Shown here in pieces: positions 1-10,340 of a stretch of 54,037 bases of DNA. A program made the translations under genes and the position numbers. Positions within the stretch are counted from its first letter, which is position 1; every line of letters starts with the position of its first letter. The notes beneath the pieces are model-generated. The model was not told the origin of the DNA. It was given only the letters and a program-made list of their open reading frames with translations, and did no database searches. The DNA comes from Octopus bimaculoides (Eukaryota), in assembly GCF_001194135.2 (NCBI RefSeq), contig NC_068989.1, positions 74,218,879 through 74,272,915 on the forward strand, written 5' to 3'.

Positions 1-101
1 TATATATATACATATATATATATGCATGTATGTATATGTGTATATGTATGTATATGTGTGTATGTATGTATGTATGTATGTATGTATGTATGTATGTATA
101 A

Positions 102-156
<55 letters not shown>
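1..156. repeat. Compound microsatellite (TA)n/(TATG)n/(GATA)n
   Basis: Seen directly in sequence. Confidence 0.95.
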
Positions 157-157
<1 letters not shown>

Positions 158-345
158 CTGAAAATTGGACGAAATATTAAAAAAAAAAACAGAACACAAG
201 GACAGGTAAGGGAAAAACAAACAATGTGAATTCGTTTGACGCTCAGGGTAAATGAGAAGTTTCGAGCCTACGCTCTTCTAGAGAAGGAATGGGAAGAGAA
301 AACAATGGAGAGAGGAAAAAAGGATGCGAGGAAACAAACGAAGAG
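157..345 (-). mobile_element. Degenerate Penelope-like element end with decayed hammerhead-like motif
   Basis: Shares GTTTCGAGCCTACGCTCTTC (259-278) and flanking blocks (aaaaacagaa..gacaggt, acgctc) with 20700-20885. Minus strand reads ..AGAAGAGC-GTAG-GCTC-GAAAC. Abuts a microsatellite. Confidence 0.5.
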
Positions 346-958
346 AGGAAAAAAAAGGAGAATATAATATGGTGTATACTGAATATACAATATACCACGT
401 GTTTGCACATTTCTATTCTTGTATGTACGTGTGTGTTTATTCGCGTGTGAGAATGTGTGCGTATGACAATATATGTCTAAATAAAATCAGAAATCCTAGG
501 AAAATGTATATCTATGTGCGCGTACGTTTCAGTATGTACTATTTCCGATTCATCACTGTGCCCAAATGTAATTCCTCTATTAACGTGTGTTTATTCGCTT
601 TAGTCTGTATGTAGACATCTTGGCAATAATTATTGCCTGGTGCATTGTATTTAAATATTCAGAACATGGGTGTTTTTATATGTTTACTTGTGCACATCGA
701 ATTCTGTATAAGGGAAACTATGAATATGCATAGTATATGCTTTTGAATGTGTGTGTCCCCATATTTCTGTGTGAGTGTGTATTTTTTGCCCGTGTGTATT
801 TGTAGCAGTACGTTCGTGAGTGTGTATGCATATTAGCATAAGTATGTACGTATATGCATCAGTCTATGTGTATGAATGCTTGCACTAATAAGAGTGCCCT
901 GTTTAAATGAGCACATGTGTGTATGCATGCATGCACATATGTATATATAAGTAAATGC

Positions 959-994
<36 letters not shown>

Positions 995-2001
995 NNNNNN
1001 NNNNNNNNNNNNNNNNNNNNNNNNNNNNNNNNNNNNNNNNNNNNNNNNNNNNNNNNNNNNNNNNNNNNNNNNNNNNNNNNNNNNNNNNNNNNNNNNNNNN
1101 NNNNNNNNNNNNNNNNNNNNNNNNNNNNNNNNNNNNNNNNNNNNNNNNNNNNNNNNNNNNNNNNNNNNNNNNNNNNNNNNNNNNNNNNNNNNNNNNNNNN
1201 NNNNNNNNNNNNNNNNNNNNNNNNNNNNNNNNNNNNNNNNNNNNNNNNNNNNNNNNNNNNNNNNNNNNNNNNNNNNNNNNNNNNNNNNNNNNNNNNNNNN
1301 NNNNNNNNNNNNNNNNNNNNNNNNNNNNNNNNNNNNNNNNNNNNNNNNNNNNNNNNNNNNNNNNNNNNNNNNNNNNNNNNNNNNNNNNNNNNNNNNNNNN
1401 NNNNNNNNNNNNNNNNNNNNNNNNNNNNNNNNNNNNNNNNNNNNNNNNNNNNNNNNNNNNNNNNATATATATATATATATATACTGAAAGAGAGAAACTA
1501 CAGAACAAAGACACGAAGAGAGAAAGACAGAGAAAGAAGAGTAAACGAATGAATAACAACATAAACCACAACAGCAAACATGTTGCAAGTGATATGAAAC
1601 AAGACAAAAGTGTCATAGAGAAAAGCGTACAAGTTGTTCTGAATCCGATGACGTCAAGAAGCAAATTTTTCTATGACTACAGAGATGCCTAGCAATGAAA
1701 TTTATCCATTATCTACATTATACTTGACAGTGGAAGTTATTAGGAGTATCAAGCAGAAATGTCACCATAATGTGTACGTATGTACGTGTATGGATGAGAA
1801 AGTGTATGTAGGTGTGTGTGTGAATATATGTATATGCATACGTATATGCATTATATGTATATGTGTGAATATCTATGTATATAAAGATATGTATGTATGC
1901 ATGTATAGGTATCTATATAATACAGTAAATGTGTCCCTGTGAACAATACATGAACAGTATAATATACAAGCCTCGATGTAGTAAATGTGTTTGCGTGTGT
2001 A

Positions 2002-2057
<56 letters not shown>

Positions 2058-2311
2058 CAGAGAGAGAGAGAGAGAGATAGAAATAGCGGGAGACATAGAC
2101 AGGTAGATAGAATGATGGAATGATAGATTGATAGATACGTAACATATAATATCTGTGATATGTTTGTGTATATGTTTGTGTATATGAGTGCGTGAGAGAA
2201 AGTGAGAGAGAGACTGTGTGTGTTTGCGCACACGCACAGGAGCAATAAGATTTAGAAATATTAACTTTAAAAATTTAAATGCAATAAATTTCTTTGTGTC
2301 TATCTATCTCT

Positions 2312-2375
<64 letters not shown>

Positions 2376-2764
2376 NNNNNNNNNNNNNNNNNNNNNNNNN
2401 NNNNNNNNNNNNNNNNNNNNNNNNNNNNNNNNNNNNNNNNNNNNNNNNNNNNNNNNNNNNNNNNNNNNNNNNNNNNNNNNNNNNNNNNNNNNNNNNNNNN
2501 NNNNNNNNNNNNNNNNNNNNNNNNNNNNNNNNNNNNNNNNNNNNNNNNNNNNNNNNNNNNNNNNNNNNNNNNNNNNNNNNNNNNNNNNNNNNNNNNNNNN
2601 NNNNNNNNNNNNNNNNNNNNNNNNNNNNNNNNNNNNNNNNNNNNNNNNNNNNNNNNNNNNNNNNNNNNNNNNNNNNNNNNNNNNNNNNNNNNNNNNNNNN
2701 NNNNNNNNNNNNNNNNNNNNNNNNNNNNNNNNNNNNNNNNNNNNNNNNNNNNNNNNNNNNNNNN

Positions 2765-2820
<56 letters not shown>

Positions 2821-3789
2821 ACGCGTCACACACTGTCAGGTCTCCACAAAAGTTTATTATTTTCCTTTTACACACAATCGCATTCTCTCTCTCCACCGTT
2901 TCCCTAAACACACAGCGCACTCCTTCTCCATCTTCCACACGTTCACCTTAGCAATTTGTCTCCTACGCACGTACACACACAAACATATGTCCTGTGACCT
3001 TCTTCTTTTTCCTCTGACATCCGCAATTGCACCAGCATTCACACACGCATACACGCGCACAAGCAAACAGACAAACACGTTTACGTATCTATACACATCA
3101 CCTTTCGCCCAAAAATTTCATTCTTGATACATGAAAATGTGCCTCTTATAACTTTCATACGTGTATTTATTCTACTTATTCTTAAAGCTTATACAAACCG
3201 GCACATGTATGCACCAACATCCACTCGCTAACTCACACTCGCGCTTTTTTACTCACGCCTTTTACTCAGCACCAGCTACTTCCGTTTTGCTCAACAACAC
3301 TGTTTCTCAACTTCTCCCACCCGACTCTTTAGGTCTCTAACACCAGCCACCCCACCCCACCCCCACACACATTCACACTCGTTTCCACATCCAAAGTCAT
3401 GGTAGCCACACTTCGTTGTCCTATTAGTCTCATTCTCTTGCCTCTTCCTTTTCGCTGGTTTGTCTGAGTTTTCCTTTCCCTTCTTCGGCCATTTTGCTTC
3501 TACCATGTGACTCTACCAATTTTTCTAATCCACGCATTCGAACTCATCTCTTTTCGACTAGTTTTCCCAATTGTACTCCTGTAGACTTTCACCATCTTTA
3601 GGTTCCCACCTTAGGTCGGTGGTCATCCTGTGAATAAATCTAGGAGACAAAACGCGGGAGGAAGCACATTTTGTGCATACATACATACGTGTGCATGTGT
3701 GTGTCTGTGTATGCGTGTGTACGTGTGTGTTTGTGCGTGTATGTTTGTGTGTGTGCATGAGTGTATGTGTTTGTGTTTGTGTGTGTGTA

Positions 3790-3905
3790 TGATCGTTCCC
3801 TCCTAGCTTGATTACTAGTGTTGCCTTGTTTACGTCCTCATAATCTAGTGCTTCGGCAAAGGAGAACGATCGAATAAATATGAGACATAAAAATGTAAGT
3901 AGTCG
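3790..3905 (+). mobile_element. SINE family C, 3' fragment
   Basis: tttacgtcctcataatctagtgcttcggcaaaggagaacgatcgaataa aligns with the 23444-23713 copy and more closely with 7745-7925. Confidence 0.65.
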
Positions 3906-5829
3906 AATTTTTTGGATTGTCAGACCTTCTTCGTTCTTTCTCTCTTTTTATTGTAAATATTTTATGCTAAATATTTTTCTCAAGATTTTCTTTAATTTTC
4001 TCCAATTTTTCCTCAAGTTTTTCAAATTTCTTTCGTCACTATTCTTCTCTGCTTCAACTTGCACATTTTCTCTCTTATTGGTTTTTTTTCTGTTCATGAC
4101 TTTCTGCTTGTTATTTTCTCTATTGTCACTTTCAATATATGCACATTGTACCCATATCCTCTATTTCGTTCAGGTATTTTGCGCTCGTATTGATAGCATT
4201 CCTCTTGCCTCTCCAGTTACCTCACTATTTTCTTCTAAAAAATAAAATTTTTTATGGTCCTACTATTTAAGTTTTCTCTTTCTCTTCTCTGCTTTCTATT
4301 TTTTACCCGAAATACCACATTGTCTTGCTTTCCTGTTCGGAACTTTGTACCAAATAACAGCACCTCACCCCTGTATGTTTAAACCGACTTCTCTCACGAC
4401 ACCTCACCTTTTTACCTCGAAATTGCGCCGGCTACCACCTCCCCATATTTACGTTTTCTCACACACACTTAACGATCACGCATACGCCTGTGCACACACA
4501 CGCACACGCACGCACACGCACACACACACACGCAAACACACACACACACAAACACACTTACACACAACATTCACATCCCACACCTGCATTTCTCCTTAGA
4601 AATCCACTCACACATGTCTCCTAAATCATACCATTGTCTTCACTTCACAACCTCTATTCAACTGTGTTGTTTCTTCCTGGCGGAAGCTAGGTTCTAGGTT
4701 CTATGACTTAAAAAGGATTTAGATAATCCTATCAGGTAGTGCTATTGATTTAGACATGGCCTGGACCATTCTTTGGTTGAAACATATCTAATATATATAT
4801 NNNNNNNNNNNNNNNNNNNNNNNNNNNNNNNNNNNNNNNNNNNNNNNNNNNNNNNNNNNNNNNNNNNNNNNNNNNNNNNNNNNNNNNNNNNNNNNNNNNN
4901 NNNNNNNNNNNNNNNNNNNNNNNNNNNNNNNNNNNNNNNNNNNNNNNATATATATATATATATATATACTATGTGGATATTCGCCTGCATGTACTTACGT
5001 TTCCGTGTATGTGGCATATTTACTTCATAATAGATTCGTACAAGTTTATTACTGTACAGGTACGCCCATTCACTGTCTACATATGTATACTGTACACATG
5101 GAGAAAACCATGCATCGTCTCCAAATGTATACTGTACCAGTATATAACACTGATGTACAGTACTCTAACTGAGACGTAGATTTATGTAACACACACACAC
5201 GCACTACACAAACACACACACACGCGCAGACACAGTCACACATACATACACACAGAGAGGCATTTGTTCATGTTCATAGAAGTGTCTTTCATTTACATAT
5301 CCGACAAAATTGGATTTTGTTGAAAGGAAAAACATAAAATATTGTATTTTCTTTATGCTTAAACTATATGTATGAGTGGTTATCTCTACTGGCATCTGTG
5401 CGTGGGTGTTTGAGTAGGTTTCTATGTGTCTAGTTATAAAAAGGAGCATGGCTGAATGGCTAATGTTTCACACTTCACAATTACGAAATCTCAGCTACCA
5501 TCATATATGCGTCACCTTGCAGAATTACGAACAATGTACCGTAAACTGAGTCGCGACAAAATTTGTTACTAACGTGAGTAACTACATAGAAAAAGAAGTG
5601 TGTGAAATCTGTCTGATACCACTTCACCTATAATGCGAATTCTAACAATGTGATTTAATATGTCACAATAACTTAAGGAATAGGTAGTTCCTTATCTTTA
5701 ATAAATGAAATACACAAAATCAATGCATATAGGTGCCTCACCTGCCCTGTCTGTTTGTCTGTTTCTTTCGAGTTAAACGCTTTTCTTATAAGCTGAGAAG
5801 GTGAGTTGAGTTTAACCCTAAGTGCAGTA

Positions 5830-5887
5830 AGAGCCACCGATGAGAATTAAGATGCTCTGCATCAAAATTCGAAACCAACGGTGATCT
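5830..5887 (+). ncRNA. Hammerhead-ribozyme-like fold, probably inactive relic
   Basis: CCGATGA core (5837-5843). Stem II GAATT/AATTC is extended by GATGC/GCATC. GAAAC at 5871-5875 and stem III ACC/GGT. However N17 is G and stem I is poor. Confidence 0.45.
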
Positions 5888-6560
5888 GACTATGTCCGCA
5901 AATGGAGCTTGTCTTCCCTTGTCAGTTATTAAGATAGAGCTTCTGTGGTGATTGAGTTGTTTTAACTCTTATTTCTAGCAATGCTGGTACAGCTTAGTAC
6001 CTTTTGTCACTTTAGTGACGTCTATAAATTTGTCTTTAGTTTATTAAATTGCTAATAAGCCACCCATCTTATATATGCATGTATATATATTTCCCCCCCT
6101 CTCTCTCTCTCTCTCAATTTCTCTCTCACTCACTCCTCTTCCTCCTTCACTCTCTCGTTGCTCACACGTGACCAACGGCCTTTGTTTCTTTCTTCCACTT
6201 CCTTCCGAAAGACCAGACGTACTTTTTATCTGTCTCCTCTCAAAGCTTGTTTTTCCAGCGTTCACCACTTCACATCGTCATGTCTTAACAACCTTCACCG
6301 TTTGTTTTCACTGTTTTGTTCTCACTGTCCTGTTTATGTTACAACTTTCACCCTCCGCAAAAGATCCCAAATTTTATTTAATTTTCTTTGCGGGAAGGAC
6401 TGTTTTAACGAGGTCGCGTCTTGTTCTTACCTTCCAAACGCGGAGTAGATAAAACAGGAGACAACTGATGAAGGGAATATTCTTTATGTTGCATGTTTCG
6501 TTTCTCTGTTTCTTTGTTTTACTCGTTGTTCGAAAGAAACTTCGTTTTCTATGTTTTTGT

Positions 6561-6630
6561 TTTTTATTCTGTCTACGTTTTTATTCTGTCTACGTTTTTA
6601 TTCTGTCTCGTTTCTCATTCTCTCTACGTT
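6561..6630. repeat. 17-bp tandem repeat, about 4 copies (tttttattctgtctacg)
   Basis: Seen directly; last copies degenerate. Confidence 0.85.
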
Positions 6631-7263
6631 TTTTTATGCCCTCTACCCATATAGGCATGTATATATACATATATATGTAGGTATATACATATATGTATGT
6701 ATATATGCATATATTTATATATTATGTATATTATATATAAAAGTAATTGAAAACGGCTTTTAGTTAACCAGAGGAGTCCATTAGTCAGCTTAGCTGGTTG
6801 TTTATGATACCAAAGCGACTTCAGTTAGTTTCGTTAGTTATAATTTTTTTTTTACATAAGCTCTAAGTGTAATTTTCGATGATGACTATTCAGAGGTGTG
6901 ATTAACTTGACTACTAAAGCCCATGAAATTAAAGTATAGGCGTATATTCAACTGACTCCTACAACTTAAATACAATTCTCATGTTTGTATTTGCACGAGA
7001 TATGACAAGGTTGATCATTTCCATGGGATTAAACTGACTTTTTCTTACAACCGATAGGCCACATCGAAGCTAATCAAAACTGTACTTGGTCGAGATACCC
7101 ACCAGCAGAATTTAATTGGGGACTTAATGATTCCGAAGCAAACTTCTCAACCACTTTCGTGCCGCGCTTCATACAGCTTTTATTTAATGCACATATACAT
7201 ATATACATCAAAAGCGTGCGAGCGCACGCACACACACATTAATGCTTATGTAATATGTAATAT

Positions 7264-7473
7264 GGCGGTCTGGGAAAATTGTTAGCACACCGGGCAAATA
7301 TGCTTAGGGGCGTTTCGTCCGTTTGTTCTTCGGAGTTCAAATTCTACCGAAGCCGACTTAGCCTTTCATACTTTCAAGGTCAATAAACTAAGTACTAGTT
7401 CAGAACTGGGGTCGATGCAATCGACTTGCCCCTCCCCGAAAATAGGTGACCTGGTACCGAAATTTGAAACCAT
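7264..7473 (+). mobile_element. tRNA-derived SINE family A
   Basis: ggcgg..gttagcacaccgggc head, B-box-like gagttcaaattc and gcctttcat..ggggtcgat body, shared with the copies at 16.7, 34.2, 43.9 and 45.3 kb. Confidence 0.85.
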
Positions 7474-7744
7474 ATATGAATATATATGCTTTTGAGTGTA
7501 AGTATAGTATGTGTGAGTATGAAATGACATAACTAAATGCATTCAAGTACTCTTTCCCAGTTATGAAGGTAAATGAATTGGGTGCTCCAAATGTAATAAC
7601 ACTGGTTTTACTAGCTGTGAGTAAATATGGTAGACAAATCTAGGGAGGTAGCACGTCTTGTAACAACATACATATATCTGTGTGTGTGTGTGCATGCGCG
7701 TGTGTATTTAAATATATGTAGATGTATGTGTGTGTGTATTTATG

Positions 7745-7925
7745 TTTGTTCCTTCTTTGTTTAACAAAAGGTGTTGCCTATTTTACGTCCCCATAATCTA
7801 GCGCTTCGGCAAATGAGAACGATGGAATAAATATGAGACATAAAAATGTAACTAGTTGGTCGAATTATTTGATTAAACCTTTGAGGCCGCACCCTGGTAT
7901 AGCTAAAGTCTAACAACTGATACAT
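7745..7925 (+). mobile_element. SINE family C, 3' fragment
   Basis: tttacgtccccataatctagcgcttcggcaaatgagaacgatggaataa aligns with 23444-23713 and 3790-3905. Confidence 0.65.
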
Positions 7926-9002
7926 TTACATGGATAATCTTGCGCCTTTCTCTCCTTGTCGCCATAGTTATAGCTCTGTAATGACGTCATCATTTTAATA
8001 TGTTCATTTTGTTTGTTATCCCGATATCTTAAAGGGTCAGTAAACATTCTCTATTTAATAAAATGTTTTTTTTTTAAATCATGAATATAATTTAAGGATT
8101 ATTAATATAAATTCATAATTATTTATGAGGATAAAAACGGAACTTAACAGAAGCCATGTTAATTCGTTCAGAAATTTTTCATCGTCTTTTACTTTCATTT
8201 TTTAACTTTCAGAACAACGTGTTTGTTCTATCTATATTTGTTGATAGTCGTATTGCATAACTACGACATAATATCGATATTTTTAGGTAAATTCATGATA
8301 AAACAAACACTTTAAAGTGTGTTTGTTTTAAATTATCGCTTTGTCATTTATTTTTCATATCTGAATGTTATTTTACATTTTATTCGACATCTTATGAATG
8401 TTTTCAGCAATGCACTTATGTAACCTTTATTATTGAATATTCATAATGAAACTTCCAGGATAAGAGATTAGCAGAAAGGGTAGACTAATTTAGTTGCGTT
8501 GGAGTATTTAATTATGTCTTGCTAATTTCTGATTGCTTGCTTGTGGGTTGGTAGAAACGTTAGAACGGCTTAGAGAATTATATGCAGTATTTTATAATAA
8601 TTTATTGTCACTCTGAGTTCAAATGCCGTGGAGCTCTATTTTTGCATCTGATGCAGTTCAAGGCAGTAAACTAAAGTACCACACAACGGTTAATTCGATT
8701 ATACCACACCCATCAATTCTCTGCTCATGTGCCTATGAGAGAAATTATCTAATGAGTCCAAATCTGTCTGGGATTAATTAGCGTTGGGGTTTCAAATTTT
8801 GATAGAAATACTGTTAATTATGCACTGATAACTATCCAATCGACTTCACCCTTTAATGATCGAGTTTCTAGTATCAGAGAGATCCGAAAGCAGTGAAGAT
8901 AAGCTTAAAAATGGACACAATTAAAAGGATTCGAGCTGGCTGCTATGCGTAAATGAAGATTACAATTAATAAACAGGTTGTAGATGTTCATTTCTTGTAT
9001 AG

Positions 9003-9215
9003 ATGCAAGGTCAGAAATTTGCACGAAATGGTTTTTCAATGTCATTTGTATTTTTACCCCAATACTCGTCGGTTTCTCATGTCATCATCCACAGAAGGGT
9101 CAATATAATGTTGGCTTCGGCAGTATTAGCACTCAGAACATAAAGATTTGTAGCTAACAACTGCAACGCACTGTGTTCAACGCACTACCACTGAAATCCC
9201 ACTTCCATCACATGT
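9003..9215 (-). mobile_element. Highly degenerate SINE family A
   Basis: gcaaggtcagaaattt..accccaatact..cactcagaacataaag resembles the reverse complement of the family A body. Confidence 0.45.
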
Positions 9216-9367
9216 AATTAAGTCGCTCTCATATCCAATCCACCGTCCTAATTATACAAGTCAACAATCGAGCTTCTTCGTGACCACTTGACATGTTAGA
9301 AATAATAAACAAAGCTGTCTTTTATTACACAATACTTTCTTTAAAATCCTGTTATATAAGACTACAT

Positions 9368-9758
9368 GGAGGCGCAATGGCCCAGTGGTTAGGGCAGCGG
9401 ACTCGCTGTCATAGGATCGCGGTTTCGATTCCCAGACCGGGCGTTGTGAGTGTTTATTGCGCGAAAACACCTAAAGCTCCACGAGGCTTCGGCAGGGGAT
9501 GGTGGCGAACCCTGCTGTACTCTTTCTTACACCACAACTTTCTCTCACTCTTACTTCCTGTTTCTGTTGTGCCTGTAATTCAAAGGGCCAGCCTTGTCAC
9601 ACTGTGTCACGCTGAATCTCCCCGAGAACTACGTTAAGGGTACACGTGTCTGTGGAGTGCTCAGCCACTTGCACGTTAATTTCACGAGCAGGCTGTTCCG
9701 TTGATCGAATCAACTGGAAACCTCGACGTCGTAAGAGACGGAGTGCTAACAACAACAA
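9368..9758 (+). mobile_element. Full-length tRNA-derived SINE family B
   Basis: A-box TGGCCCAGTGG (9378-9388), B-box GGTTTCGATTCCC (9421-9433), 3' domain shared with 33128-33215 and 40135-40420, (AAC)n tail. Confidence 0.9.
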
Positions 9759-10184
9759 TAAAAGACTACATTCGATAATGTTGTTCTGATTTCTACTGAT
9801 TTCTAGCATAAGCATAAGGCTTCAAACTTGGAGGACGCTATAGTTATTATATGGATTCCTAAAACTTTGATAATATATTTCATCGACTACGGAAGTATAA
9901 AGGATAAAGAAGTTGAACATTGTTCCTTTAGAACTTTGAATGCAAAACTAACACATAGCAATGTATTTTGTTGGCCGTTCTAATGATTTGCCAATCGTTG
10001 CTATTAGATACATAAAATGGTTAGTCTTGACTTTGATACATAATAGTTATTCAATTATTTCACTTGTTGGCCAATGTTTATTTTATCGCTCTTGGAAGGT
10101 TTCAAATATAATTGCTACCATAGAATTTGAAATTAGAACGTAAAGGAACAAAATTAAGTATTGCTTGGCATTTACACTATTGCT

Positions 10185-10340
10185 CTATCGTATGGAAGTA
10201 GGTTTGAGACGTCCGTTCTGTAGCTACATTGTTCTCAGGCGCAGCACCATGATTAAATGCCTTTTATCTCAGGTTCGAGACGATGAATTTGTGAATGAAA
10301 TTTAGTAGACAAAACAAACTATGTAGAAGCACGATAGCAT
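10185..10340 (+). mobile_element. Degenerate SINE family C, 5' half
   Basis: gcaccatgattaaatgcc..ttgtgaatgaaatttagtagacaaaac..gaagcacg resembles the reverse complement of 52899-53058. Confidence 0.4.

Noticed and set aside
1488-1692. Open frame after the gap (MNNNINHNSKHVASDMKQDK..)
   Set aside because: A-rich low-complexity sequence with no splice or homology support
833-2907. Long ORFs containing X runs (also at 15.1, 17.9, 22.4, 24.7, 30.3, 31.2, 48.9 and 51.1 kb)
   Set aside because: They are open only because they cross N gaps and microsatellites
4221-4234. 14-nt minus-strand micro-exon (ttttattttttag AAGAAAATAGTGAG gtaact)
   Set aside because: Too short to tell from chance in a T-rich region, and the nearby Lys/Glu-rich frames contain stops
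6465-6495. CTGATGA followed by a hairpin, as a hammerhead (similar cases near 24594 and 52020)
   Set aside because: No GAAA after stem II
9368-9440. tRNA gene
   Set aside because: A/B boxes belong to a SINE head that continues into a repeated body; no full cloverleaf or terminator
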